A DNA stretch of 64,000 bases from an uncultured Gemmatimonadales bacterium (GCA_963823035.1 CAWGKG010000012.1:192001-256000); one strand, 5' to 3'. Counted from the first letter of the stretch, positions 52,923-64,000 are shown. Made by a program: numbers and translations. The notes: generated by a model from the letters alone, not told the origin.

Positions 52923-54221
52923 CTAGACCGGCGTGTGCTCGATCTCCAGCGCCTCCGGATCCGTCATTGGCTGCCAGATCTGGATCGCCGGGAAGGTGGA
53001 CAGGAACCAACGGATCGCGGCCAGCCAGAGGCCCAGGAACATGAGCCCGATGAGCGGCTGCCACAGCGGGACGGTCGGATCACCCTCGTGGTAGAACACC
53101 GGCGCGATGAGCACGTAGCGCTCGAGCCAGAGCCCCACGAGCGACACGGTCGCGAACGTGGCGAGCAGGGCCGGCTTCATCTTCGACTTGCGGCCGAGCA
53201 GGCCGGCGAAGGGGATCACGAACAAGAGCACGACCACCAGCGCGCTGACCCGCCCCCACGGCGGGTCCGAGCGGTGGATGACCCACAGCTGCTCCCACGG
53301 CAGCTTGCCGTACCAGATCACGATGTACTGGCCGAAGAAGAGGTAGGTCCAGAACACCGTGAAGGCGAAGCACAGCTTGCCGAGGTCGTGGCGCTGATGC
53401 AGCCCGATCAGGTTCTGGAAGTCCTTGTGCTGCGTGCGCAGGTACAGGCTCCACAGCGTGGTCGACGTGATGCCGCCCAGGAACGCGCCCATGAAGAACC
53501 ACGGGCCGAACATGGTGCTGGCCCAGTGGGGCTCGAGGGTCATCGCCCAGTCGTAGGCCACGATCGTCATCACGACGGCGTAGATCAGCACGAACGCCGG
53601 GGCGATGCGCGTCATGCGCCGATAGCTCTCGACCTCCTCCTGCTCCTGCCCCATCCACCCCTGCGTGAGGCGGTCCCGCCACGTCCTGCGCGTCGGGTCG
53701 GCGCCGTCGGCCTCCGCGAGCAGCCCCATGTCGGGACGCAGCGCGAGATAGACGAAGTAGATGCCGACGCCGAAGAGCACCGCGACACCCACCAGATTCC
53801 GCGAGACCAGGAAGGGAATGTTGAGGTACGCGGCCTTCTTCTGGAGGATCGGATCGTGCGCCATCTCGTCGATCCACGGGAAGTACGACCCGCGGAGCCT
53901 GAGGAGCATGGGCAGCATCAGCACGAAGGCGATCGGCAGGAAGGCCGCGAACGCCTGGCTGACCCGCCGTATGGACCAGTTCCAGTTGGCCTTGGTGATC
54001 CAGGTCGCGACCGCGAGCAGCACGCCGCCGATCGAGATGCTCGTGAAGAACATCCAGTTCGCCACGTACGAGGCCCAGGCCGCCTGCGGGTCCTGCGTCA
54101 GCCGGATCACGAACGAGATCAGGCCGACCAGGAAGAACGTCCCGGTCAGCATGTTCGCGCTCGTCGAGCGGGGGAGATAGCGGACCGCGATGTCGCGCGG
54201 GATGGTGGGACCGTGCGCCAT
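52923..54221 (-). CDS. actF: Alternative complex III subunit ActF (NrfD-like membrane subunit)
   Basis: Multi-TM protein with YLNIPF...R, YDW.MTLEPHWASTMFG, HDLGKL.FAF..FWTY..F.QY..IWY. Confidence 0.9.
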   Translation of the reverse strand: MAHGPTIPRDIAVRYLPRSTSANMLTGTFFLVGLISFVIRLTQDPQAAWASYVANWMFFTSISIGGVLLAVATWITKANWNWSIRRVSQAFAAFLPIAFVLMLPMLLRLRGSYFPWIDEMAHDPILQKKAAYLNIPFLVSRNLVGVAVLFGVGIYFVYLALRPDMGLLAEADGADPTRRTWRDRLTQGWMGQEQEEVESYRRMTRIAPAFVLIYAVVMTIVAYDWAMTLEPHWASTMFGPWFFMGAFLGGITSTTLWSLYLRTQHKDFQNLIGLHQRHDLGKLCFAFTVFWTYLFFGQYIVIWYGKLPWEQLWVIHRSDPPWGRVSALVVVLLFVIPFAGLLGRKSKMKPALLATFATVSLVGLWLERYVLIAPVFYHEGDPTVPLWQPLIGLMFLGLWLAAIRWFLSTFPAIQIWQPMTDPEALEIEHTPV

Positions 54222-54222
54222 C

Positions 54223-54846
54223 TCAGTTCCCTCCCGCCTGGTTGGCGTTGAACTGCGCCTGGAGCGTCCGGATGTAGTTCACGATCCTCCAGCGGTCGAA
54301 CTCGGTCACGCGGTACCCATAGTCCGGCATGAGCCCACGGCCGACGCGGATCATCCCGTAGATGTACGAGTCGGTGTAGCCCTGCACGACCGGGCCGGCG
54401 AGGTCGTACACCGCGACGGTCGGGTGCTTCTGCGCCATCGCGGCCTCCGCGCCGATCCCGGCGAAGCCGTGGCACACGGCGCAGTAGCGCTCGAACATCA
54501 CCTTGCCCCGCGCCAACGAAGCGGAGTCGGGCTCGATCGGGTTGACCAGGGCCTGGATCTTCGCGTTGCCCGTTCCGATCGGCAGCATGTCCTGCTGCGT
54601 CACGGGAATGATCGGCGTGCCGTCCGGCTCACCGAGGTTCCACTCGTCCGGCGCCCCCGGATACGTCCCCGAGGAGAAGGCCACGGAGTTCTCCGGAGCG
54701 GGGCGGGTGTTCTCGTACGGGTCGAAGGAGCGCTGGTCGCGCATGCTTCGCCCGAAGATGAACACCATCGTGTCGTCGAGCGGCTTGCACCCCCCGAGCG
54801 CGGCGACGGCCAGGACCGCCGCGAGGACCCGCACGCCCCTAGCCAT
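54223..54846 (-). CDS. actE: Alternative complex III subunit ActE (monoheme cytochrome c lipoprotein)
   Basis: Lipobox LGGC, single CAVCH, GRGLMP.Y, RW.IV.YIR.LQ. Confidence 0.9.
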   Translation of the reverse strand: MARGVRVLAAVLAVAALGGCKPLDDTMVFIFGRSMRDQRSFDPYENTRPAPENSVAFSSGTYPGAPDEWNLGEPDGTPIIPVTQQDMLPIGTGNAKIQALVNPIEPDSASLARGKVMFERYCAVCHGFAGIGAEAAMAQKHPTVAVYDLAGPVVQGYTDSYIYGMIRVGRGLMPDYGYRVTEFDRWRIVNYIRTLQAQFNANQAGGN

Positions 54847-55387
54847 GGGCCACCTCCGTCCCCTCGCGGAGCTCGGCCGGCTCCTGCGCCTCCAGGATGC
54901 GTCGGGCCTCGTCCGCCCGCTCGTGCGGCGCCTCCACGTACACGCCGTAGCGGCCGGCGCTGAACTCCGGATCGTAGATCACGCTGGGCTTCACGTTCGG
55001 GAGGCGGCTGTTGATGAACAGTCCGATCACGGTCGCGAGCGCGCCGAACAGCACCGTGAGCTCGAAGGCGATCACCACGTAGGCCGGGATCGACACGATC
55101 GGCTTGCCGCCGACCACGAGCGGCCAGTCCATCGACGCGAACGTCGTGAAGGCGAAGCCGGTGGCCGTGCCCGTCAGCCCGCCCACGAGCGTGAAGACGC
55201 GCACCGGGCTCTGGCCGTAGCCGAGCGCCGCTTCGATGTGGTGCTCGGGGTAGGGCGCGTAGGCCTTCACGGTCTCGAAGCCGGCTTTGCGCAAGCCCTC
55301 GATCGCGTCGACGGTGCTGTCGAGGAACTCGAACGAGGCCAGCAGCCCCGTGTTCTGTCCGCCTCCGGCGGGTCCGGCGGCGCTCAT
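54839..55387 (-). CDS. actD: Alternative complex III subunit ActD (DUF3341)
   Basis: G....V.AYAPYP.H, DWPLVVGGKP, P.Y....FELTVLFGA. Confidence 0.9.
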   Translation of the reverse strand: MSAAGPAGGGQNTGLLASFEFLDSTVDAIEGLRKAGFETVKAYAPYPEHHIEAALGYGQSPVRVFTLVGGLTGTATGFAFTTFASMDWPLVVGGKPIVSIPAYVVIAFELTVLFGALATVIGLFINSRLPNVKPSVIYDPEFSAGRYGVYVEAPHERADEARRILEAQEPAELREGTEVAHG

Positions 55388-56755
55388 CAGTGGGCCTCCT
55401 TGGGCTGCCTGCGCAGGGGCGGGGGCAGTACCTCTTTGAGCTCGGCGATCGCTACCGGAGGAATCAGCCGCGTGAAGAGCAGGAACCAGAAGCTGAACCA
55501 GCAGAAGCTGCCGATCAGGATCCCCATCTCCGTCAACGACGGACGGTAGATCCCCCATGCGTACGGCTCGTACTCGTGGTGCAGAGAAGTCACCACGATC
55601 ACGTACCGCTCGAACCACATCCCGATGTTCACGAAGATCGAGATGACGAAGAGCGCGGGAATCGAGTGACGCACGCGCTTGAACCAGAGCATGAGGGGCA
55701 CCAGACCGTTGCAGGTGAGCATGATCCAGGTGGCCCACCAGTACGTCCCGAAGAGGCGGTTCCAGAAGGACGCCCGCTCGATCGCTTCACCGCTGTACCA
55801 CGCGGTGAAGAACTCGGTCAGGTACGCGTAGAGCACGATCAGCGACGTCAGGAGGCAGAGCTTGGCCATGGCGTCGAAGTGCTTGATCGTGACGTACTTC
55901 TCGAAGTGGAAGATCTTCCGCAACGGGACGATGAGGGTGATCACCATCGCCACGCCCGAGTAGATGGCGCCGGCCACGAAGTAGGGCGCGAAGATCGTCG
56001 CGTGCCACCCCGGCACGATGCCCATCGCGAAGTCCCAGGACACCACGGAGTGCACGGAAAGCACCAGCGGCGCGGCCAGCGCGGCGAGGAAGATGTACGC
56101 CTTGCCGAAGTGGTGCCACTGGCTGTCCGTACCCCGCCAACCGAGGCTGATCACGTTGTACAGCTTCTTGCGCAGCCCCGATGGCCCGGTCGCGCGCGGC
56201 GGCCAGGTCGGGCACCGAGCCCAGGAAGAAGAACACCGCGGACACCGTGAAGTAGGTGGTCACGGCGAACACGTCCCACACCAGCGGCGACTTGAAGTTC
56301 GGCCACAGGAAGCGGGAGTTCGGATAGGGGATCAGCCAGTACGCGTGCCAGACGCGGCCGACGTGGATGAGCGGGAAGAGGCCCGCGGTCATCACCGCGA
56401 ACACCGTCATCGCCTCTGCGGTCCGGTAGATCGACTGCCGCCAGGGCGCGCGGAAGAGGAAGAGGATGGCGGAGATCAGCGTGCCCGAGTGCGCGATGCC
56501 GACCCAGAACACGAAGCTCGTGATGTACACGCCCCATCCCACCGGGGCGTTCAGGCCGCTCACGCCGATGCCCTGGTAGAGCTGCCAACCCCAGGAGGTG
56601 AAGAACAGGCCGACGCCGGCGGCCGCGAGCGTGAAGAGCGCCCACCAGCCCTTCCCCGGTCGGCTGAGCGCGACGAGGACGTCGGTGTTGACCTCGGCGA
56701 GGGTCTCGACGTCCGGGTGGGTGAGCGCGCCGCGCTCCTTCGTCGCCGTGGCCAT
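55387..56755 (-). CDS. actC: Alternative complex III subunit ActC (NrfD/PsrC family); frameshift near 56180
   Basis: [42 protein letters not shown]; then [40 protein letters not shown]. Confidence 0.93.
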
Positions 56756-59700
56756 TATGCGTGCTCTCCGGACGCCACCTCGTGGAAGGTGACCTTCTTC
56801 AGGTAGTTCACGGCGGGCTGGGTGTTGATCTCTTCGTTGAGGACCCGGTAGGTGCGCTGGTTCTGCGCCACCTGCGATACGCGCGATTCAGGGTCGCGGA
56901 TGTTGCCCCAGACGATCGCCTCCGCGGGGCAGCTCTGCTGGCACGCCATCAGCACCTCGCCGTCGTCGGGGATCGAGCCGCGCTTCTCGAGCGCCACCCG
57001 GTTCTCGGCCTCGCGCACGCGCTGCATGCAGAAGCTGCACTTCTCCATGACGCCGTTGTCGCGGACCGTCACGTCCGGGTTCCACTGCCAGTTCATCGGC
57101 TCCGGGACCGCGTCCGTGAACCGGTACCAGTTGAAGACGCGGACCTTGTAGGGGCAGTTGTTCGCGCAATACCGCGTGCCCACGCACCGGTTGTAGATCT
57201 GGGCGTTGACGCCCTCCGGCGTATGGTAGGTGGCGAAGACCGGGCAGACCGGCTCGCAGGGCGCGTTGTTGCAGTGCTGGCAGAGCATCGGCAGGTGACG
57301 GATGTCGAGATCGCCCGCCTGCGTCGCGTCCACGTGCTCGTAGTAGCGCTCGATGCGGATCCAGTGCATCTCGCGGCCCATCATCACCTGCTGCTCCCCG
57401 ACCCACGGCACGTTGTTCTCGGACTGGCACGCGGTGACGCAGGCGCTGCAGCCCGTGCACTTGTCGAGGTCGATCGCCATCGCCCACCGCGCACGGTTCT
57501 CACGGTCGGCGTACTTCCCGTAGCGCGACCCTTCCAGGGGGAACGACTCGGGCGTTCCGCCCTCGGCCGGCACCGGCACGAAGCCGCCACCGGCCTGCAG
57601 CTCCTCGAGCCCCTCCTCCTCGTTCTCCGGCTCCGCGCCCTCCGACAGGTCGGCGAGCGCGATGGCCGGGGCGATCGGGCGGTCGTGCTGCGTGTCCGAG
57701 CCCGACACCTTCGCGAGGCGTCGATGCTCGCCGGTCGGCGTCACGGACACCTTCGTCGCCAGCGTCACGAACGCCCCGGAGGGCTGCTCGGCCTCCGCCG
57801 GGAGGAGGTGCATCACGTTCACGCCCTTGTCGTTCGCCCAGCGGCCGAAGTCGGTGTGACCGCCGCCCATCGCGAGCGCGACCGTGTCGGGGCGCAGCCC
57901 CGGGTAGGGCCACAGCGGCACCTGCACCTGGCCGTACGGGGAGGCCACCGTGACGATGTCCCCCTCGCGGAGCCCGCGCGCCTCGGCGGCGTCCGGGTGC
58001 ATCTCCAGCCAGGAGTGCCAGGTGATCTTCGAGACCGGGTCGGGCAGCTCCTGCATCCAGGGCGCGTTCGACAGCTCGCCGGCGCCGAAGCGCGGGGACG
58101 GGTGGACGAGGAGCGTCAGGTCCCCGTCCCCGTCGAAGGCCGGCATGTCGAAGGAGAGCGCAGTGTCGGGCGCCCGCAGCGCGGGCACGCCCGGCTCGGG
58201 CACGTCGCGGAGGATCACCCCCGTGCGCAGCGCCTCGCGCCAGTATCCGTCGAAGTCGGCGGCGCCCGCGTCCGCCTGGTGCGCGGCCCGCAGGTACTCG
58301 TAGAAGGTCGCGCCGCCGAGGGTGCTCCCGAGGCGGGCGGCCACCGAGAGGAGGACGTCGCCGGTCTGCTTGGCGTCGAAGTGCGGCACGGGGCGCATCG
58401 CCGGCTGCCGGAGCGCCATCACGCCGTCACGCCCCACCGAGTCGCCCCACGACTCGAGCCAGTGCCGGTCGGGGAGGATCAGGTCGGCCATCGCGGAGGT
58501 CTCGTCCGGCGACTGCGCGAAGGAGACCTTGAAGCCCACCGAGCCGAACGCGTCGGCGAAGCTGGACGCGACCGGGAGCGAGTACGCCGGGTTGGCGCCG
58601 TGGATCATGACGACGCCGACCTCGCCACCCGCCATGGAGCGGATGGCCGCTTCCATGTCGGCGTAGGGGCGGGCCGGCGTCTGCGGACCGCCGCCCATGT
58701 GGATCGTCCGACCGAAGCTGCCCGCGACGTGGTTGAGGATCAACACGGCGATGTGCGCCGCGGTGGCACCGCGGTGGTGCGCCGGCCACGCTCGGTCCCA
58801 GCGCCAGGCTCGGGCCCGTCGCGAACTGGTCGGCGAGCTCCCGGATCGTGTCCTCGTCGATGCCCGCGGCCTCGGCGGCCGCGCGCGGCGTCGTAGGCAG
58901 CCAACACCGAGGCGTACGGGCCGGCCGCGCCGCCGGTCCGCGGCGATCACGGAGGCCATGCCGAGCGCCACGGCGGCCTCGGAGCCCGGGCGGATCGGCA
59001 CCCATTCGTCCGCGTTCTGGCCGGTGAGCGACAGCCTCGGCCCCACGTAGACCAGACGGCCCTTGGAGCCGTGCTCGTCCACCGCGGCCATGCGCGCGAA
59101 GTCCCGCTGCTGCGAGAGCGGCGCGATGCCGCCGTCGATGAAGTCGTCCCCGAAGGAGACGAGGAAGCGGGCCTGGTCGATCTGGTAGCGGGGAACGGCG
59201 TCGATGCCGAACGCGATCCGCGCGGCCTCACGGAGCGGGGCGGCCGAGAGCGCATCGTACTGGACGCGCCGTCCGCCCACCGCGCCGACGAACTGCTCCA
59301 CCAGCCGCGCCATCGTCGGGCCGCTGTGCCCGCCGATGTAGAGCACGTTGCCGGCCGCGCCCCGGATGCGCTCCGTGAGCATGGCCTCCGCTTCCTCCCA
59401 GCCGATCGACCGCAGCGCGCCGCCCTCGCGGACCATCGGGCCCGTGTAGCGATCCGGGTCGTAGAGGTGCTGGAGCGTCGCGTGGCCCTTGGCGCACAGC
59501 GCGCCTCCCGAGACCGGGTGGTGCGGGGTTCCCCTCCAGCTTCACCACGCGTCCCTCGCGCGTGCGCACCCAGACCCCGCACCCGGAGGAGCAGCCGTCG
59601 CACACCGACGTGTACCACGTGGCCACACCCGGGGTGATCGCCTCGTCCGCGGTGACGTAGGGAAGGAGACGCTCGACGTTCCCGGTGTTGCAGGCCGTCA

Positions 59701-59767
59701 GCGTCGCACCCGCCCCCGTGACGCCGAGAACCTTCAGGAAGTCTCGCCGCTTGATGCCGTCGCTCAT
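56755..59767 (-). CDS. actB: Alternative complex III subunit ActB (molybdopterin-oxidoreductase-like plus ferredoxin domain); several indels (near 59525 and 58930-58780)
   Basis: Tat signal RRDFLK plus [61 protein letters not shown]. Confidence 0.93.
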
Positions 59768-59779
59768 GGCGGGCCCGTC

Positions 59780-60340
59780 CTAGTAGTGGCAGACGGCGCA
59801 ATCGTCCGATGCGCCCTCGGTGCGGTGGCAGCCGATACACCAGCCCATGTTCGCACCGCCCCAGGCCGGATCTCGCTTGTTGATGACGTCCACGGTCTGG
59901 ACCTCCCCGTGGCACTGCTGGCACTGGAGGCCGGCGGCGATGTGGCGCATGTGCGGATAGTGGGCGTGGTCCGAGATCTTGTAGATCCGGACCCAGGGAA
60001 TCGTCTTCTTGTCGTTCCAGTACTGCATGAGCTTGGCGACTTCCTCGGGCTTGTTCGCGCCCGGGATCACCTGGTGGCAGCCCACGCAGGTCGAGATCGG
60101 CGGGATGCCGGCGTCGACGGAGCGCTCGGCCGAGAAGTGGCAGTACTGGCAGTCCATCCCCAGCTGCCCCGGTTCGGAGCCGGCGTGCGTGTTGTGCGGA
60201 AAGGCGATGGGCTGCCCGGACGGGTACGCATCCAGCCCGCCGACCGGCGCCGTCTGCTGGGTATCCTGCACCCGGACGAAGGCGAGGCCGGCGAGGGCGA
60301 GCACGCCGGCCGTGCCGCCGATCAGCCAGTGCTTTTTCAT
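59780..60340 (-). CDS. actA: Alternative complex III subunit ActA (pentaheme cytochrome c)
   Basis: N-terminal TM helix, QPIAFPH..HAG, and five CxxCH motifs (CQYCH, CVGCH, CQQCH, CIGCH, CAVCH). Confidence 0.93.
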   Translation of the reverse strand: MKKHWLIGGTAGVLALAGLAFVRVQDTQQTAPVGGLDAYPSGQPIAFPHNTHAGSEPGQLGMDCQYCHFSAERSVDAGIPPISTCVGCHQVIPGANKPEEVAKLMQYWNDKKTIPWVRIYKISDHAHYPHMRHIAAGLQCQQCHGEVQTVDVINKRDPAWGGANMGWCIGCHRTEGASDDCAVCHY

Positions 60341-60614
60341 CTCGACGCTGTGCTCCTGAGCATGCCGCGCACCCGGGAATGGGGTGCCACGCGGGCGGCG
60401 ACCGGCCGGATGGATACGAGAGAAGCCGGTCGGTGGGAAACCGCCCAGGAAAAACGGCATGAACCTACCCGCCCCCCAACATGGGGTCAAGACGAACAGG
60501 CTCCGTACAAGAACCTTTTTCTCGGCGTGGGTGTTATACTTTCTCCCGTTCGCGACCCCATCGGGACGCGTTCTCTTCCGGCCCGGACAACTGACCCGCT
60601 CAGCGACCGCCTCC

Positions 60615-61598
60615 ATGGCCGAAACCTCAACCGCGACTTCGGCACGAGACGTGCGACCGTCGCTGGAGCTCCTGGACCAGCTCGTCCAGGAGGTGGAGAC
60701 CGTCTTCCACGGGAAGCGGGACGTCATCCAGCTCGCGCTCTCCGCGCTCCTGGCGCGGGGCCACGTCCTTTTCGAGGACGTGCCCGGGGTCGGCAAGACC
60801 ACGCTGGCCCACGCCCTCGCCCGCACCCTCGGGGTCGAGTTCCGTCGCATCCAGTTCACGTCGGACCTCCTCCCGTCCGACGTGCTGGGGGTTTCGGTGT
60901 ACCGCCCGCAGACGGGGGAATTCGAGACGCGCCCGGGCCCGATCTTCTCGAACGTGGTGCTGGCCGACGAGATCAACCGGGCGCCACCGCGTACGCAGAG
61001 CGGGCTCCTGGAGGCCATGCAGGAGGGGCGGGTGACGATCGACAACGCCACCTACGACCTGCCCAGGCCGTTCCTCGTGATGGCGACGCAGAACCCGCTC
61101 GAGCACCACGGGACGTACCCGCTGCCGGAGAGCCAGCTCGACCGTTTCCTCATGCGCATCACGATCGGCTACCCGAACCGTGAGGCGGAGCGGAAGATCC
61201 TGACCGAGTCGGCCACCACGACCCCGGTCATGGAGCGGCTGCGGCCCGTGCTCACCCCCACGCAGGTGCTCCAGCTCCAGGAACGCGTCGAGCAGGTCGA
61301 GGCGGACCCGAGCATCGTCGACTACCTGATGAGCGTGGTCGAGAAGACACGGAGCGTGAGCCGACTGCGGATGGGGGTGAGCCCCCGGGGCGCGATCGCA
61401 CTCTTCCGGGCGGCGCGCGGCTACGCGCTCACGCAGGGGCGCAGCTACCTCATCCCCGACGACGTGCGCACGCTGGTCGTTCCCTGCCTCGCGCACCGGA
61501 TCCTCCCGGCCGGAACGTCGGGCGCCGCGCTCGACGCCCACGAGCAGGCCGCGCAGATCCTCGAGGGGATCCTCGACGAGGTCGAGGCGCCGGTGTGA
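60615..61598 (+). CDS. MoxR-family AAA+ ATPase
   Basis: EDVPGVGKTT, RIQFTSDLLPSD, LADEINRA, ATQNP, TYPLPESQLDRF, G.SPR. Confidence 0.96.
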   Translation: MAETSTATSARDVRPSLELLDQLVQEVETVFHGKRDVIQLALSALLARGHVLFEDVPGVGKTTLAHALARTLGVEFRRIQFTSDLLPSDVLGVSVYRPQTGEFETRPGPIFSNVVLADEINRAPPRTQSGLLEAMQEGRVTIDNATYDLPRPFLVMATQNPLEHHGTYPLPESQLDRFLMRITIGYPNREAERKILTESATTTPVMERLRPVLTPTQVLQLQERVEQVEADPSIVDYLMSVVEKTRSVSRLRMGVSPRGAIALFRAARGYALTQGRSYLIPDDVRTLVVPCLAHRILPAGTSGAALDAHEQAAQILEGILDEVEAPV

Positions 61599-62623
61599 GG
61601 CGCCGGCTCGCGTCCCTCCTGCCGGCCTTCCGTGAGGCCTGGCGGCGACTGCGGGCGTGGCGGCGCATCAGCTTCACGCCCGGCGGGCTGGCGTTCACCG
61701 TGGGGACGTTCGCCGTGGGCTTCGCGGCGCTCAACACCGGCAACAACCTCCTCTACCTGCTCCTCGGCGCCATGCTCGGCTTCATCACCGTGAGCGGATG
61801 GCTGTCCGAGCAGGCCATCCGCGGCCTCACCGTGGAGCGCCACCTCCCGCGGGCCGTGACGGTCGGCCAGGAGCTCCGGGCGACCTACCGCGTCACGAAC
61901 ACCAAGACGCGGCTGCCCAGCCTTGCCGTGGAGCTGGTCGAGCAGGGCCTGCCCGGGCGGGCCTTCCTGGCGCACGTCGCCGCCGGGGACACCGCGGGTG
62001 CGCGATCGGTCAACAGCTTCGTGCGCCGGGGAACGTACCCGCTGCACACGCTCACCCTCGCCACCGCCTTCCCCTTCGGCCTCTTCCTCAAGGAGCGCGA
62101 CCTCGAGCTCCCGGGGGAGGTGATCGTCTGGCCCCGCACGGATCGGAACGTGCAGATGCCGCTGCCCGGCATGGACCGCGTCCCGCGCTCGGGGGCGGTG
62201 GCGCGGGGCGCGGCGGGGTATCGGGGCGAGTATCGCAGCCTGCGCGTGTACCGGCCGGGAGACGATCCCCGGGACATCCACTGGCGCTCCTCCGCGCGCC
62301 TGCGCGAGCCGGTCATGCGCGAGTACGAGAGGGACGGCGCGCGCACGCGCTGGATCTGTCTCGACCTCCGGTGCGAGCCCGGCCCCGAGGCCGAGGTGGC
62401 CGTCGAGGTGGCCGCCTCGGTAGCCGCCCGTGCCGCCTCGGAGGGCGTTCCGTTCGCGCTCAGCGCCGGCGACGTGCTCGTCGGACCCGGCGAGGGCCAG
62501 GGCCAGCTCGAGCGCATCCTCGACGTCCTTGCCCGCGTCGACTTCCATCCGGATGCGCCGGCCTCGGAGCCGCCGGTCGAGCTGGACGCCTGCGTGCTCG
62601 TGCAGGCCGGGAGTGCGGCGTGA
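61595..62623 (+). CDS. DUF58 domain protein
   Basis: AA.NTGNNLLY, RRG, FPFGLF, LR.YRPGDD.R.IHWRSSAR. Confidence 0.92.
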   Translation: MRRRLASLLPAFREAWRRLRAWRRISFTPGGLAFTVGTFAVGFAALNTGNNLLYLLLGAMLGFITVSGWLSEQAIRGLTVERHLPRAVTVGQELRATYRVTNTKTRLPSLAVELVEQGLPGRAFLAHVAAGDTAGARSVNSFVRRGTYPLHTLTLATAFPFGLFLKERDLELPGEVIVWPRTDRNVQMPLPGMDRVPRSGAVARGAAGYRGEYRSLRVYRPGDDPRDIHWRSSARLREPVMREYERDGARTRWICLDLRCEPGPEAEVAVEVAASVAARAASEGVPFALSAGDVLVGPGEGQGQLERILDVLARVDFHPDAPASEPPVELDACVLVQAGSAA

Positions 62624-64000
62624 ACCTCCGGCTCCTGCATCGGCGCCTCGCCGTGCTCATGTCCTTCGCCGGCCTCGTCGCCTTCGCGGGCGGCGCGGGC
62701 TTCGAGCCGCTGTCCGCCGTGCTCGCCGCCGTGGCGCTCGTGGTCGCGCTCTTCTGGCACCCGGACCACGCCCTATCGGTGCGGCTGGAGCGGGTCTGGC
62801 TGCCGCTGGCCGCGCTCCTGGTCGCGCGTGCCGCGATCCACGTGCTGATCGTCCGCGACGACGTGGTCGTCCCGGTGGTCGACCTCCTCCTCCTGCTCAT
62901 GGCGGCGGAGGCGCTACGCTCCCTCGACGCCCCCAACGACATCCGCCTGTACGCCCTGAGCTTCGCGCTCCTCCTGGCGTCCACCGCGTATCGCCCCGGG
63001 GTCCTCTTCCTCGCGGCATTCATCGCCTACGTGTCGCTCTCCACCCTCGCGCTCATGGTCGGACACCTTCGGCGGAAGGCCGAGCGCCACGGGATCAGGG
63101 AGATCCCGCTCGGACGAAACCTCCTGTTGACCACGGGCGGGCTGGTGGGCGTGATCCTCCTGGTGGCGGCCGTCGTGTTCGTGACCTTCCCGCGGGTCGC
63201 GCGGGGGTGGGCAGGCCGCGGGGAGACGCTCGCCACGTCGATCGCCGGCTTCAGCGACGAGGTCTCGATCGGCGCGCACGGGTCGCGCATCTACGGCAAT
63301 CCGCAGATCGTGCTCCGCGTCGAGTTCCCCGACGGCCGTCCCGCCAACCTCCTGTCGCTTCATTGGCGAGGTCGGTCCTACGACCGATTCGACGGGACGC
63401 GCTGGACGCGTACCCGCGGCCTGCCGCCCTCCTCCGGTCCGCACGCGCTGGTATCGAGAGCGGTGGACGGGCCCCTGGATCGAGCAGAAGATCTTCGCGG
63501 CACCGCTCGACGTGCGCGTGCTGTTCGGACTCCACCCCGTGATCGGCATCGAGCCCGAGAACGGCATCCAGCCCCTCTTCGACAACGCCGGCGACTTCGT
63601 CTACTGGGGCTCGGGTGCACCCGCCTACACGGCATACTCCCGCCTGGGGAGCCCGCCCCCGGACAGCCTGCGCGCGGCCACGGGGGGATACGCACCCCCG
63701 GCGCGCTACTTCCTCCAACTGCCCGACCGCCTGGATCCGCGCATCCAGGCGCTGGCGGACTCGCTCACGGCCGGGCTCGACAACGACTACGACAAGGCGG
63801 TCGCGATCCAGCGGTACCTCGGCACCTTCCGCTACACGCTCGAGTTGCCGGCCACGTCGCGGGAGGCCACGCTACCCTGGTTCCTCTTCGAGCGGAAGGC
63901 CGGACATTGCGAGTATTTCTCTACGGCGATGGTGGTGCTCCTGCGCGCGGCCGGGGTCGAGTCCCGCAACGTGAACGGCTTCCTGGGCGGGGAGTGGAGT
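62620..64000 (+). CDS. TgpA-like membrane transglutaminase (DUF3488 plus TGase core), partial; frameshift near 63442
   Basis: GTG 62620; multi-TM N-terminus, FPR, GFSDEVSIG, HWRGRSYD.FDG..W; GHCEYFSTAMVVLLR...RNVNGF.GGEW in the next frame. Runs off the window. Confidence 0.9.
   Translation, partial: MNLRLLHRRLAVLMSFAGLVAFAGGAGFEPLSAVLAAVALVVALFWHPDHALSVRLERVWLPLAALLVARAAIHVLIVRDDVVVPVVDLLLLLMAAEALRSLDAPNDIRLYALSFALLLASTAYRPGVLFLAAFIAYVSLSTLALMVGHLRRKAERHGIREIPLGRNLLLTTGGLVGVILLVAAVVFVTFPRVARGWAGRGETLATSIAGFSDEVSIGAHGSRIYGNPQIVLRVEFPDGRPANLLSLHWRGRSYDRFDGTRWTRTRGLPPSSGPHALVSRAVDGPLDRAEDLRGTARRARAVRTPPRDRHRARERHPAPLRQRRRLRLLGLGCTRLHGILPPGEPAPGQPARGHGGIRTPGALLPPTARPPGSAHPGAGGLAHGRARQRLRQGGRDPAVPRHLPLHARVAGHVAGGHATLVPLRAEGRTLRVFLYGDGGAPARGRGRVPQRERLPGRGVE

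Overview
High-GC bacterial chromosomal window with about 49 protein-coding genes. The gene content suggests Gemmatimonadota (PadR-ADOP pair, beta-propeller lipoproteins, Hanks kinase); this taxonomy is inference only. Housekeeping and metabolic genes include pckA-maeB, a sigma70 factor, ssb, polA, a cold-shock protein, a lytic transglycosylase, exbB/tolQ, a peptide ABC importer, a lipoate ligase, gcvH-gcvP, an acyl-CoA dehydrogenase, tatA, a TrmJ-like methylase, a GAF-GGDEF cyclase, a HisN-like phosphatase, an alternative complex III operon (actABCDEF) and a MoxR-DUF58-transglutaminase operon. About ten genes carry single-base indels, most likely long-read errors. The best candidates for novelty are: (1) a methyltransferase + FAD oxidoreductase + SRPBCC cyclase + stand-alone FabF-like ketosynthase cluster, resembling a type III PKS phenolic-lipid cluster with the PKS replaced by KS + cyclase; (2) two MITE-like elements with different terminal repeats but a shared palindromic core, each abutting a TAG stop codon; (3) a YtrA/GntR ABC operon with a candidate operator, a beta-propeller/pilin-like fusion lipoprotein and two related Cys-rich membrane-anchored proteins; (4) a kinase with paired K-to-R and T-to-E changes in catalytic motifs. 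No rRNA, tRNA, CRISPR array or transposase was recognised. No database search was run.
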